A stretch of 63,907 nucleotides of DNA, counting the filler, from Folioceros fuciformis (taxonomy: Eukaryota), in the NCBI GenBank assembly GCA_049999805.1. It is 9 parts of 9 records of this genome, joined end to end, with 100 filler letters (N's around TTAATTAATTAA, not from the genome) between each part and the next. Parts side by side here need not be neighbours in the genome. Positions count along the whole stretch, not along the records: positions 34,434 to 57,319 come from JBNGIO010002137.1; positions 57,420 to 59,821 come from JBNGIO010002138.1; positions 59,922 to 62,435 come from JBNGIO010002139.1; positions 62,536 to 63,907 come from JBNGIO010002160.1; 5 more parts are not named here. The stretch is one strand, 5' to 3'. The translations under genes and the position numbers were made by a program. Positions 50,605-63,391 of this stretch are shown piece after piece (position 1 is the stretch's first letter; the number at the start of each line of letters is the position of its first letter). The notes under the pieces are model-generated. The model had not been told where the DNA came from. It did no database searches and saw only the letters and a list, made by a program, of their open reading frames with translations.

Positions 50605-51657
50605 ATGCCGTCTCCTGCAGCTCCAATGGCGAAGAAGCGGAAGCAGGTGGAAAAGCCGTCTAAAGCAAAGCTCGAATCGGAGCCTGGAGAATCGGAGCCT
50701 GGAGAATCGGAATCAGAGTCCGAAGAGGCAGAATCGAACTACGGAGAGAGAGACTCGGAGAATGGGGAGGAAGAATCGGATTCAGGAGAAGCAGAGTCCG
50801 AGTCAGGAGAATCCTCACCGGAGCCTGAGTCCGGGTCCGAGTCGGACTCCCAGGACGGTGCAGAGTCGGAGGAGATTGTGAACGTGGACTTCCAGTTTTT
50901 CGACCCCAAGAAGGAGGACTTTCACGGCGTGAAGGCGCTGCTCAAGGTGTACCTGGACGACACGAATTGGGACCTTTCAGGATTTGTGGACGTGGTGCTG
51001 GCTCAGACAACCGTGGGAAGTGTGATCAAGACAGACGACGAGGACACTCCCATCGGAGTTGTCACGGCGCTTAATCTTGCCAGATACGGAAATCTGGTTT
51101 CCCTGAAGGAGGTGCGGGAGTTCCTGCTGAAGCAGACTGGTAACAAGCAGGAGCTGCTGGCTCTCTGGGACCAGACAAGTGCCAGGCACGTCGGCTTGAT
51201 TGTTAGCGAACGTGTCATCAACGTGCCCATTGAGCTCGTTACACCCTTGTTCACAGGCTTGTTCGATGAGATTGGCTGGGCCGTGACGGATGAGCCCACA
51301 GTGGAGCTGCGGACGTCGTTCGATTTCGAGCGCTACTTGATTTTGACAAGGGTGTATGAAGAGATTTCTTCTAGCTCAACTAGGGAATCCTCTCACAAGA
51401 AGAAAGGAAAGAAGCACAAACCGGTGTTGCCTTCGGAGGTACCTTCATCTCAAAGTCCACTCATATACCCGAAAGGAGAGGACGAGATTTTCCATTCTTT
51501 GTGCTCCTGGTCGTTCACCTTTCCTGTCAAGGCAGAGGCACTAGCTGCGCACGAATCCAAAGGAATGAGGCAGTTGCGGCTGGTAATGGTAGTAGAAGCT
51601 TCCAAAATCCCAACCTTCAAGACGAAGTTGAAGGATCTTTGCGATACAGGAGTTTGA
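50605..51657 (+). CDS. BCCIP: BCCIP/Bcp1 homologue, intronless (start at 50605 or 50626)
   Basis: Acidic E/S-rich N-terminus, then VNVDFQFFDPK..DFHGVKALL, QTTVGSVIK, VGLIVSERVINVP, YPKGEDEIFH. Confidence 0.93.
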   Translation: MPSPAAPMAKKRKQVEKPSKAKLESEPGESEPGESESESEEAESNYGERDSENGEEESDSGEAESESGESSPEPESGSESDSQDGAESEEIVNVDFQFFDPKKEDFHGVKALLKVYLDDTNWDLSGFVDVVLAQTTVGSVIKTDDEDTPIGVVTALNLARYGNLVSLKEVREFLLKQTGNKQELLALWDQTSARHVGLIVSERVINVPIELVTPLFTGLFDEIGWAVTDEPTVELRTSFDFERYLILTRVYEEISSSSTRESSHKKKGKKHKPVLPSEVPSSQSPLIYPKGEDEIFHSLCSWSFTFPVKAEALAAHESKGMRQLRLVMVVEASKIPTFKTKLKDLCDTGV

Positions 51658-52127
51658 GTCCACAGAGTGCTGTTGTACACATCGAGAGAGGAGTGTAGAA
51701 CGAGCGAGAGTAGAATTTAGAGCACCAGTCCATGTAAACTGAACTTGCAATTTAGGGCACAAGTTCATGTAAACCGAACAAGAACAAGTAGAGGTTTTTA
51801 CGTGCATTGAGCTCGTAGTCGTCACCTCTCCTGTCAGGGCAACGACAGTAGCTGCTCAGAAAATGCAAAGCATGGAGACATTCGCGGCTGGCGATCGCAG
51901 TACAAGTACGCAAAATGCCAAGTCGAAGTTGCAAAACCTTTGCCTTCGCGACACAGGAATTGCAGCTTCCCTGAGGATGGTTGTCCTTGTCACTCCCCTA
52001 GGGTTTCACCAGCAGAATTATTTCACGGGCACAGCCCAAAGTGTAGGGCAAACGTCACGCACTATCCCGAGGATATTTTACAAGACATAAAACATCTCCC
52101 AAATTGTGATTGCTGAACTCTACGGCT

Positions 52128-55100
52128 TCAACCATAGAAGTCGTCATCCTCACTTGCACTCGCGACCTCATCGTCACTGTCGCCCAAATCAACATACTGG
52201 GTGGGTCGAGTAGTTCTCCTGGGGCGGGCTTCTACTGGCGCAGGAGCAAACGCTGGGACGGTTGTCGGCTTGGGCATGTTCTTGGTCAAAGAAGCACTCT
52301 TCTTGTTGAAAGGTGAAATTCGGAGCTTCCTGACTTTAATCTCCGGAGGCTTGACCACTGGAACCTCGTCCAGGGCTGTGGCTTCATCTTCGGATGTAAG
52401 GTCAGTTACTGCTGCCTTCTTTCCTCGCTTCTGGCCACCTGCTTTGGTTGTCAGGGCCTTAGCTTTGGGCGCTGCGGCTGCCTTCTTCGCAGCGGGCTTC
52501 CTGCCCTTGACGGCTACCGGGCTTGACTCCTTCTCTTTAAGGGGATCGAAGTCATCCTCGCTATCTGATATCACGTGCGCCTTCCTCCCCCTTCCAGTGG
52601 CTTGTCTCTTAGGAGCTACCTTTTCAGGAGATTCTGCTGAGACGTCCTCAGAAGCCTCTCCAACGTGAGACAGCTCGTGTCCGAAAATTGACACCTCCAA
52701 GTCGGCGTCGTCAGTGTCTGAAAGAGATGTAACCTCAGTACGACCAAGTGGGTTCGTCGCTGCTCCGGCAGTCGGGACATCACCTGCGAGCACGGATAAC
52801 CGAAGTGTAAGACTCGACCAGTTTTGATGCACAATCGAGGACAAGAAATAAATCCCGCATCGCACCAGCTTCCTTCTTCGAATAGGCAGCCAAACGGTCA
52901 CGCAAGCTGATGCCGAGGCCTTCGTCTTCGGTATCACTTTCCGCGGCCTTGCGCGAAGCCTGAAACCAAGAATTTAATCAGCGTCCTCATGCTGCAAAAA
53001 GAGGAACATTCCTTCTCGAAAAGTCCACGGTCCTCACCTGGGCCTTCGTAGCTCCTTTCTGTCGACCTCCTTGCCCTGATGCAGAGGTTTCTGCAAGGCA
53101 ACATGGTTGCTACTTAGTGTAATTCGTCTGCATATTTTAACTCAGTGTTCCACTGACTGCACAATGACGATGACTGCCAGCTTACTCTTCGGGACGGCAG
53201 AGGTGGACGTGGTGGCAGCGGGAGGCTTTAGATCTGTTTTCTTAGCTTTCGTCTCCTTCTTGACAGGCCTGCGCTTGAAAGCAGCGGTGCCCTCTTGCGC
53301 CATGGTTTGCAAGTCGTATTCTTCCTCCTTCGCCTCCTCCAGCTCGCTTGCCTGCACACCAGCGGTTAGTGCAAATTTCCAATCGCCAAAATCTGCATAC
53401 CTGCCTGTAAAGCCGCATGGGGCAACCGAACATACATCTAGCTGCTCGATGAAATTGTCCAAATCTTTCTCCCAGAGAGAACTGGGCGAGCTATTCTTCA
53501 AAGCTTCGACGTCCAGCTCTGTTTTGGCCTTCTGCTGAATCAACTCCTGGACTTTCTCCCAGGTCAGAGTACTGATAGGCATGGACAGCAGATACTCGTA
53601 GTCCCCAGCACGGGCAACATTGTCGTCCAACTCATTGCCCTCTTCACCTTCGGGAGGGTCCATGGCTCCAGCTACTGTCGGTTCCGCATTTTTCGCCTTC
53701 TTGGGAAATGGTGTAAACCCCTTCCTCTTGAGCTCTTCCAGGAGGTCGGCGCGCTTCCTGTTGCTCACAACAATCTCACCCTTGACCACTGCGAGAATAA
53801 ACCGAACTTTGTTGTCGATTTTCAGGAGCTCCAGTTGGAGATTCCTGAGCTGCACAGCCTGTGGAAATGACGTTCACAATCAATGTTAGGTAGATTCGAA
53901 TGACACACGGATGTAGGATGCGAGGGCAATTTGCATCTCTTCAGCTCACTTTGCGCTTAACGTAAAAGTCGAATCGAATCTGGTAGAACGCCTCCAAAAC
54001 TGTGTCCCAGTCAAGAACAACAGAGAATATCTCCCGAGGTAAGCAAGGCAAGAGAATTTGGACTCAGAGTGTAGAATGCATGTGCTCAGGATACTTTGCT
54101 CGGGTGTGTCGTATTTCTGTATAATTCCTTGGGCGTCAAACAGATGCATGTTGCTGGTGCTGATGGTGGTTGTCAGCTTAAATTTCTTGGTAAGCCCTTC
54201 CTGCAAGGCCAGCGCCATGTTCTCTTCGGAGAGAGAAATCTCGAAATGAACTCGGGTATCTGTATTGTGTTCTCTATAGTCCTGTACCAAACAGATTTGT
54301 CAGATATTGCTAAACCCAGGCTGTATGTAACAAGTCGCCTGGACTAAGCACGCACCTTTATGAACGGCTCCTTGATCTTTTCGGTTCCGACCAGCAAGCC
54401 CTCCAGAAATTCCTTGTAGTCCTGGGTCCACTTCCGCACAGGCAGTTCGGATATTTTCAATGTAGTTTCATTCACTTCTTCAATGGCCCCCGTGATGGTG
54501 TACGACACTCCAGTGTCCTTAGTGGCAGTACGCTCGATGGTTCCCTGCTCCAGGGAACGTTAAGGCTGACGTGAGGGTCACTAATCGACGACTGGATTCG
54601 GTGAAGTCCCTGAAAATTCAATGAAAGAGCTTGATTACCTTAAAACCTTTGTACCAGGGGTCCATCGGCTCCATGGGATGGCCAGCTAGAAGGCGTCTAA
54701 TGTTGGCGACGATATCACGCGGGTTGTAATTGGGTACAAACGAGCTCCACCCTGTACCAATGCCTTCACTCCCATTGACAAGGACCATGGGCAAAATCGG
54801 AACATACCTGTGGATGCAGAAATATCAGTCATTCGTGGCATCCACGACGATTGCCAAAAAAATCATGGAGCGCGATCTGTGCGACACACTGACCAACTTG
54901 GCTCAACTGACTGCCCGTCGTCCTTAAGGTAATTTAGCAGTATGTCATCTGCCTCTGGGAAGATGCAACGAGTGAGCGGGGAAAGACACGTGAACACGTA
55001 TCGGGGGCTGGCAGCATCCTTCCCTCCCTGCAGTCATCTGTCAGGATTCCGAAAGCAATACAGAGGATATGGGGGATTTCGATGTTCACATATGTGGTCA

Positions 55101-57319
55101 AAAGCTTGCCTGATTCCGAGTCCCAAACTGACCAACAGGCTGAAAGAGGTTGATATTATTGCTACCAACAAAGTTCTGTGCCATGCCAACGATTGTGCTC
55201 TGGATATTCGTTTCCCCATGATGATAGGCTGATTGCTCTGAAACGAAACCAGAAAACTGTGCAACCTGCAAGGCCGACAGAAGAGGATTAGGTGTCGACG
55301 AAAAGGTCCGAAAATCTTCTGTGGTCGCGGACAACATTCCTGCTGAATATTTGTGGTCGCGGACAACATACCTTGGCTTGCTTGACAAATTTGCGCTTAA
55401 ACGAGCAAAATAGAATTTTGCGTTGACCTGGCTTTAGCCCATCAACCATAGAAGGGATGGATCTTGACAGGTCAGCCATGGAAAACAATATCAACTCCTT
55501 GTTGACAAAGTCGCTGTATTTAATGGGGCCCCCACTTTGATCAAGGAATGTACCCGGCTTCGAGAGACAATCCGAAAGAAACGGAGTCAGCTACGAGGGA
55601 TAGCTCAGAAAACGTTGCGAGGAACTCCGGGTCATGCATTCGTACCCTGAACTGGCGTAGCCAGCTTTTGCGTGCATCAATTTTTTTCTTGCTGAATGCC
55701 ATCTCGATAGCCTCCCCATCCCCTTCATCCTCCCATGTGAAGTCCTTCTTGTGCCGAACAAGATCGCGGAAATACTCCTTGCCTTCCTTAGAAGTACTTG
55801 TTCCGAGACCCTGTGTTTGGCATGACAGTTAAGTACGACTGTGCCAAAGCCGAGCATATATGCCATCCTGGAAGATACAAGGACCGACCTTATAGTACTT
55901 GATTGTCCATCCTTTCGTGTCGCCATTAAGAGATTCTTTCCATCCTTCGTATTCCGGAAGAGTGTAGAAAGCAAGAACTCTACCACCCTTGTGTGTAGCC
56001 TGAAGTGAGGGGCAAGACCGAATCTGAGAATCGAAGGATAGCAACAATAATAGAAGGCGCATGTGCAGTGTCTGGTACAGGGAAGAGATGAACCTTCACA
56101 ATTGGTGTTATGAACTCCACAAGGAACTGTGGAACTTTCAAGAGTGAAGGCCAAAATGTATGGATGAAGTTGATAAGGAGGCCTTTAATGTGGGAGCCAT
56201 CGTGATCCTGCACAGTATGAGGGGGAATTCAGAACAGAAGACCGTCTGCAAATAAGATCGTCTGAAAACAAGAACACATCGACGGCGTGAGCGCGCCAGC
56301 GAGTCGAACCTGATCCGTCATGATCATAAGGTGGCCATAGCGCAGAGTTTTGGTGCTGTCATAATCTTTACCATGCTGCAACCCTAGTATACGCTTTATG
56401 TTATTGATCTCGGCATTCTCCATTATCTGCTTGTGTGTTGCTTCGCGAACATTGAGCAGCTTGCCACGCAGTGGAAAGACGCCATATCTGTCACGTCCAA
56501 CCACACCGATTCCTGCCATCTGCAGAAGCCAACGGAGTTCACACAGATAAGAGTCCCTTCAGTTCAGGGGTATCTGACAGGAAATGCATGAATGAAATCT
56601 CACAGCAAACGATTTTGCTGAATCTCCTTCCGTGAGAATCAACGTGCAGCTCTCCGAATTTCTTCCACCAGCATCATTTGCATCGTCCAGTTTTTGAATT
56701 CCAGTAATCCTCTGACGCTTTGCTCCGTCATTTTTCTTGAGCTCCTTGCTTTGCTTGAAGTCTGCCCACGAAAGGACATTCTCCACGACACCGCATTTCG
56801 CAACTGTCCAGTGGGCACAATAAGAATTGCAACTTCAGGCAGAAATCGCGGATGGCGATAGAGGAACACCCTGGGCTTACCATCTTTCAGAAACTTCTGC
56901 GAGAGTTCACACTTAGAACCAAAACTCCCCTGACGAGTTGTCAAGGTCTCTTTAGTCTGGGAATCAAATGCTGGATTGTCAACGAGAGAATTGACAAAAA
57001 CCCACAGGTGATTCCGGATCTGAAAGTTCTTCACGCCTGCGTTCTTGTTCTTCTTCAACACAAGGGCCAGCACATGGCTGACTATCTGATCCGCTACACA
57101 CTGTACATGAGTTCCACCTTTAATCGTTGCGATGCTATTCACAAAGCTCACCTGCAGCAGACGAACGTCTCCTTCAGGGTGCCAGAACATCGTGATCCAT
57201 CAGGAACATGAACCTGCGCCAAAAATTGCTGTTCCAAAAATCTTCGAGCTTACCTGCTGGAACTGGCCATCACTCAGACTGACACAAACTTCCCAGCGAT
57301 CACTCACACGCTCATATAT
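52128..57319 (-). CDS. TOP2: DNA topoisomerase II, multi-exon, 5'-truncated by contig end
   Basis: NSIATIKGGTHV, AFDSQTKE, LILTEGDSAK, PLRGKLLNVRE, IMTDQDHDGSHIKGL, RSIPSMVDGLKPGQRK, AYHHGE, GGKDAASPRY (catalytic Tyr), and a K/D-rich tail. Confidence 0.97.
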
Positions 57320-57419
57320 NNNNNNNNNNNNNNNNNNNNNNNNNNNNNNNNNNNNNNNNNNNNTTAATTAATTAANNNNNNNNNNNNNNNNNNNNNNNNN
57401 NNNNNNNNNNNNNNNNNNN
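57320..57419. other. Artificial contig spacer
   Basis: N44-TTAATTAATTAA-N44. Confidence 0.97.
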
Positions 57420-57508
57420 AGGGAGTGAAAACTACCTTGCCCCCTTATGCCAAGGGAGTGGAAACTACCTTGCCCCCTTATCCCAAGGGAGTGGAAACTA
57501 CCTTGCCC
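57420..57508. repeat. 33-bp tandem repeat, about 2.7 copies, at contig edge
   Basis: AGGGAGTGGAAACTACCTTGCCCCCTTATCCCA. Confidence 0.9.
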
Positions 57509-59207
57509 ATTATTTGGTTTTGGTCTGTAGTCAGTGCAGGCAAAAGACAGAAGCTCCTTTCCAGTCTTGCAGTTCTGAATTTTCACATCGTATCTTTACT
57601 TTTGAATCTTATATAACTTTTGTAGTTTGAAAGTTCACATGGTTTAGGGTTAACAGCTTGCAATAAGTTCATATCTATTCACTTTAATTAAATTACATCA
57701 ATATTATGTAATTCACTTTTTGGGTCATCACAATGAAAGATAGTAGATTCTATGTTCAAAATCATGTATTCTATCTTTTGGTTGCCATGTACTTCACATG
57801 GCTTGAATATTTTTTTTTCTTTGTTGCATGGTAGTAGATAGTGCTTGCTCCAAATAGTAAGTTTATTACTAATAATATGGTTATTTTTTAATTAGCAGAA
57901 TTTTTTGTACTATGTGTATTGAGCGCGTATTATAAATGCAGTTGACCAATCCAATTTTTTTGCCTTATTATCAAGAAACATCATGGTTACATAACAAACT
58001 GATCTACAGGAAAAATAAAAGACCATCTAGGGTACAGTTTACTGATTACGGTGCCCACCTTTTCCAGCCTTTCACCAGCAGGCACTCTATGAAAGTCCTC
58101 AACAAAGTTGTCTTGTCTTTGTCTAAACCTGTCACCACCAGCGAATATTCGCATTGGGAATGCCTGCTTCGCATTGCCGTCGGAGGACGCGCTCAGAATT
58201 TGAGGGATAACGCTCAGGTTAGTGAAGTCAAAGTTCAGTTTCCTTGCCCAAGAACAGATGACATCCTCAGGTAAATGCACGCGGACGACTTAAAAAAGTT
58301 ACAGCCGATGCAGACTGCAGGTCCGTTTCATAATATGACGGAAACATACCGAGACCGGGAATCCAGATCTTTCGACGTTTTCCAGATCACGATATCGGAA
58401 GGTGGATAACCAATTCCAGATACTCCCAAACCTGACGAGACTTCTACTAAACACCGCGAACCCCTGCCTTCTCACACCTTCATTTTCACCAGCGTTGCTT
58501 CTCATAGTGATTCCACGTGATGAATGCCATCACGTAGAGAAAACCTCCACAACCCGCTGAATCGAGGACAATCCATCACAATGCGGATGTGCCTCTACCT
58601 GTCCTTCACACCGGACTGCCACTTCACTTCTAGTGGTTTGATTTGAGATTCTCATCCAGAACAACCACTCCGCCGGTTAGGTGTTTAACAGAGCAGGCTG
58701 ATAGCCAGCGCACAAGCAACTTGCTGATGGACGCAACAGTGAGAACCAAGCGCATCTGAGCTGCCTGAGGAAATACAGACGGCCAAGCCGCACGTCCAGA
58801 GCCAGAGGTAAAACAACCAAGCTGCGTGCTTTCAATCAGCAAGCACCTGACCTGAAGTTCTAATTAAGGGATAAACTATGCATCATAAGAAAACTAGGTA
58901 ACGACAGAGCACGCGAGTACACAAGCCCACAACAAAATTGAAAAGACTCAGGAAAGAAATCCGACAAACTCAAGCAAAAGGAGCCCATTAGTTTGCTCAC
59001 ACATACAAGCAGCTCATGAAGCAGTGGCTGAGGGAACAGTGCCCCGGACATGCTTGTATGAAACAAAACCTTAGTGCTTATTTAGCCTTGATTGCCCTGC
59101 AAAAGCGTCATACAGTACCACTCAATTTATACACCAGCGTGAAAGAACACCACTGTCCAGAAAAAAACAAAAAAGTTCTGCACATCGCAGTCCACCAGAT
59201 AAGAAAC

Positions 59208-59821
59208 TCACGGGCTAGTCTTTGCTGGAGATAAAGAGCTGCTGCTTCTACCCCGGCTGCTGCTGCCACTAACGGCCCTGATGCAGGTAACACACGGCAT
59301 AATGTCTGATCATTGCCAATGACACAAAAGAGAATAATTTGACACATCAAATGCAGCACGTCATACTTCTTTGGACTCCGGCTCTTGGATGGCTTTTTAG
59401 CCACGCGAGGAGGCGATCGCTGAAACGAAGATCAAATTAGAACTCTGCAGCAAACTGCTCACTGCACAACGAACCAAAAGCTCTTGAACAGCTCAATTAA
59501 CCTGTCCATGACCATGAACACACCTTCTTGGTTGCACCAGGGGACTCCGAAGAGTAGGAACTTGATCTTCCACGCCTACCTACCGGTGACCGGGCCCTGC
59601 AGAGAGAACACATATTCCAAAGTGGTCAAGACCCACGTGCTATTATTTTTTTGACTGATAACACACATAGATCAAATGTCTACCTCCGAGGGGCTGAACG
59701 AGAGCGAGACCGTGACCGGACAGGCCTTCGAGGTGGTGGGGATCTTGTGCGCCGACGAGCAGGCGGAGATGATCTTCTGGGTGGAGTTCTACCTCGTCTA
59801 GGTGGAGGTGGAGACCTGTGT
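59208..59821 (-). CDS. SR45: 3' exons of serine/arginine-rich splicing factor SR45-like
   Basis: Exons RRGRTPPRRSSPP...RSRSRSRSAPR / RARSPVGRRGRSSSYSS / RSPPRVAKKPSKSRSPK / ...SSSSLSPAKTSP* resemble the SR45 C-terminal RS domain. Confidence 0.78.
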
Positions 59822-59921
59822 NNNNNNNNNNNNNNNNNNNNNNNNNNNNNNNNNNNNNNNNNNNNTTAATTAATTAANNNNNNNNNNNNNNNNNNNNNNN
59901 NNNNNNNNNNNNNNNNNNNNN
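59822..59921. other. Artificial contig spacer
   Basis: N44-TTAATTAATTAA-N44. Confidence 0.97.
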
Positions 59922-62435
59922 TGCGTTGGGGACCAAGATCACGGACATGGAGATGACTGCTCAACTGCTATCCAGTCTTCCTTCTTCCTTCCAGACATTT
60001 ATCTCAAGTCAAAATGCCACTCTGCGCGACACATATAAGGCTGCAGCTAGTGGTCAGCCTTCGACACTGAACCTGAATGAAATCATTGGGGCTCTCCTGC
60101 AAGAGGAGCAGAGTCGTCAACGATCTCATCTTGGATCAAGACTTCGTGGTGAGAAAGTCCTATTTGCAGCAAAGGGTAAAGGACTTTGGAAAGGGAAGGA
60201 TAACAAGTACAAAAAGGGACAAAACTTATCTGTCCATTCTGCTCCTTCCTCCTCCGCTTCACCCACTCCTAAGCGACAAGGTAGCTGTAACTGGTGCCAA
60301 ATCCCTGGGCACTGGGAACGTGACTGCAAGAAAAAGAAGGCTGGTGAGCCTAAGAAGGATGCAAGATCCGAGGCTCATGTTTCTACTAAGGAACAACGAA
60401 TGTTACCTAGTCGACAGCAATCTGCTCGAAGTAGCAGTACAGTTCTCACAGTTTGCTTGACGTCTACCGTTAAGACTACTCAGAGCGAGTATATTGACTC
60501 AAGAGCTACTGCACATGTGTGCAGTAATCAGCATATGTTCTCCACCTTTACAGAACAGAAAACATTACTGTCAGTTTTCATAGGAGACTCTCGTGGTGTG
60601 GAGGTAAAAGGAATTGGAGGAGCAGACATACCTTTGTTAGATGGCTCCATTTTGCATCTTCAGGATGTCCTTTATGTTCCTGAAATGGGTAAGAATTTGC
60701 TGTCTGTTAGAGCCATTACAGAAGGTCACATGTATGGCTTTAGGTTTGAAAAACAAACATGCTATATTTACCCTTTGTCAGATCCAAGAAGCTATGTTGG
60801 TCAAGTTGTTCTCGTCAATGATCTATATCAATTAGTACCTATTCAAAAGTCCAAGAAGAAGGCACTACTTACTGCTTTTGATGTCCAAGCCCGAGTGTGG
60901 CATGCTAGACTAGGACATGTAAATAGGTCTAAGTTGGATTTGATGTCCAAGTCATCCTGTTATCGTGAGAGTCTGCCACTATGCTTTAAACAACTTGCGC
61001 CTTGTAGTTCTTGTATTCTGTCCAAGCAGAAAGAACTACCTTTCAAAAATAAATCTGCTACAAGAGCAAAGCAAGTTTTGGAATTGGTGCATGCAAACAT
61101 TGCTGGGAAGTTACCTCTCCAGTCACTCGGAGGAGCTGAGTATTACTTGACTTTGACGGATGACTTCTCCCGATACACTTGGACCTTTCCCCTCAGACTT
61201 AAGAGTGATGTATTTGGAACCATCTTTTCTTGGATCAAGATGGTTCAAAAGCAGACAAACAAATTAGTAAAATGTTTCAGAACATATAATGGAGAAGAGT
61301 TTACAGGTCGTTAGTTTGATGACCTCTTTGAGGAATATGGTATTACGAGGCAACTCTCTGTTCCCTACACACAACAACAGAACGGTGTTGCACAGAGGAA
61401 AAATCAAACACTTATGGGCATGGTTCGGAGTATGTTGTCGTGGGCTGCTCTTCCAAATAGATACTGGGCAGAAGCTATTGTTTGTGCAACTTACATTCTT
61501 AACAGAGTTGTAACCTCTGCGTTGCCTGGTCGAACACCGTATGAGGCCTTTTGGAGTCGAAAACCTAGTTTGTTACACTTGAAGGTCTTCGGCTCTCCAG
61601 CTTTTGCCTATATTCCTGAAGCAAAAAGGAAGAAGTTGGATGATCGAGCTCAGCCTCTTATATTTCTCGGATACTCAGAAGAATCTAAGGCCTATGAGCT
61701 TTTTGACCCATCAACTTCAAAAATTACCTTGTCAGGTAGTGCTACCTTCTCTGAGCTTACCTCTCCTTGTTCTGACATAGCAGTAACACAACTGTATGAT
61801 TCAGCACCACTCTCCACACTGCAAGATATGTCTGCTAATTTTGATGTTGATCAGGATCAAACTTCTTTTCCAGACTTTGATGGAGAACTTGCAGATGCGC
61901 CATGTGATGCAGATGGGTTGTCTACACAGGATGCCCAGGCAGTCCAAGACTCTGCTAACCAAGATGACATTAGGTCAGTCTAGTCTGAAGGATCAGTTCC
62001 TTCAGATGATTTGGTAGCAAAGGAGGCTTTACAGGAAGGTGTGAATGAGGAACACATACCTGAGCCTCATGAAGAAGCACCTGTAGACAATCTTGAACAT
62101 GAGATCTCTCGCTATCCTGTGCGAGAACGTAGAACTCGAGATAATTGGCTTGAACCTCCATATCAGGCACATGACTTTCGTCGGCATGGAGCACATGTAA
62201 TAGATCTTCATGTACCTGCTATCTCTCTAGACCCTTAGAGTTATACAGAGGCTTTATCAGGACCTGATGCTGTTCACTGGAGAGTTTCTATAGATGATGA
62301 ATATAACTCGTTGATGAAGAATGGCACATGGGAACTATCTGACCTTCCCTCTAGATGCAAGCCAATTACCTGCAAGTGGGTTTTTAAAACCAAACTTAAA
62401 GCTGATGGAACACTATCTAGATACAAGAGCAGACT
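59922..62435 (+). mobile_element. Internal part of a Ty1/copia element (gag C-terminus, protease, integrase, start of RT)
   Basis: CNWCQIPGHWERDC, IDSRATAH, WHARLGH, DDFSRYTW, NGEEF, PITCKWVFK, with in-frame stops. Gag motif KAAASG...GALLQEE is shared with the copia at 947-6566. Confidence 0.95.
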
Positions 62436-62535
62436 NNNNNNNNNNNNNNNNNNNNNNNNNNNNNNNNNNNNNNNNNNNNTTAATTAATTAANNNNNNNNN
62501 NNNNNNNNNNNNNNNNNNNNNNNNNNNNNNNNNNN
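62436..62535. other. Artificial contig spacer
   Basis: N44-TTAATTAATTAA-N44. Confidence 0.97.
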
Positions 62536-63391
62536 GGACGTGCTGTTCAACTCTTCCGCCAGGAAGAGGGTACATCACAACTTCACCCGCCTGGACGCCT
62601 TCTTCCAGGGCCTGGTGGACGATCGCCGCTCGCAACATAACACTCTCAGGACGCAGCCCACGGCCGAACGCGACGTGCTGGACTCGCTTCTCTCCCGACG
62701 CGACGACGCCGGGAAGCCGCTGTCTGACATCATCATCAAAGCCGGCTTCCAGACGGCGTTGATCAGCTTGACGGACACCCTGGGATCCTCCGTGGAGTGG
62801 ACGCTGGCAGAGCTGCTGGCCAACCCGGAGCACCTGGATACAGTGTACAAGGAGCTGGATGCAGTGGTGGGGCGGGAACGGGTGGTCCGGGAATCGGACC
62901 TGGCCGACCTCCCATTCCTCCGGGCTGTGATGAAGGAGGCGTGGCGGCTGCACCCCCCGGCGTCCATCACGCCCCCGCATTTCAACCTGGTGGAAACGGA
63001 GGTGGCCGGATACCGCATCCCCGCACGCACCGCCGTCATCGTAAACATCTACGGCATCGGGCGAGACCCGACGGTGTGGCCCGACCCCGACCGCTTCATG
63101 CCACAGAGGTTCATGCACGGGGACGGGCACGCCAGCCACATCGAAGCCAACGGGCAGCACATGGAGCTGCTCGTGTTCAGCTCCGGCATGCGCCGGTGCG
63201 TGGGCAACAAGCTGGCCGCTCGGGTCCATGGCCTCGTCCTGGCTCGCTTCCTGCACTCCTTTCATATGCGGCCCAGTCCGGAGCATCCTGTCAGCGTGCG
63301 CCCTACCCCTCGTGGAGCCGTCCACAAGCTCGGCGCCTGCTTGTTTGCCATTCCGTCGCCTCGCTTGCCTCCCCATCTTTACGACCTTTAA
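62536..63391 (+). CDS. Cytochrome P450, clan 71 type, 5'-truncated by contig end
   Basis: EWTLAELL, K-helix KEAWRLHP, meander PDRFMPQRF, heme motif FSSGMRRCVG. Confidence 0.93.

Noticed and set aside
55320-55369. 18-bp direct repeat TGTGGTCGCGGACAACAT in a TOP2 intron
   Set aside because: Small intronic duplication with no evident effect on the splice sites.
32204-62435. Copia fragments at 59922-62435 and 32204-34333 being two halves of one insertion
   Set aside because: Their overlapping PITCKWVFK regions diverge strongly in sequence immediately after the motif, so they are different elements.
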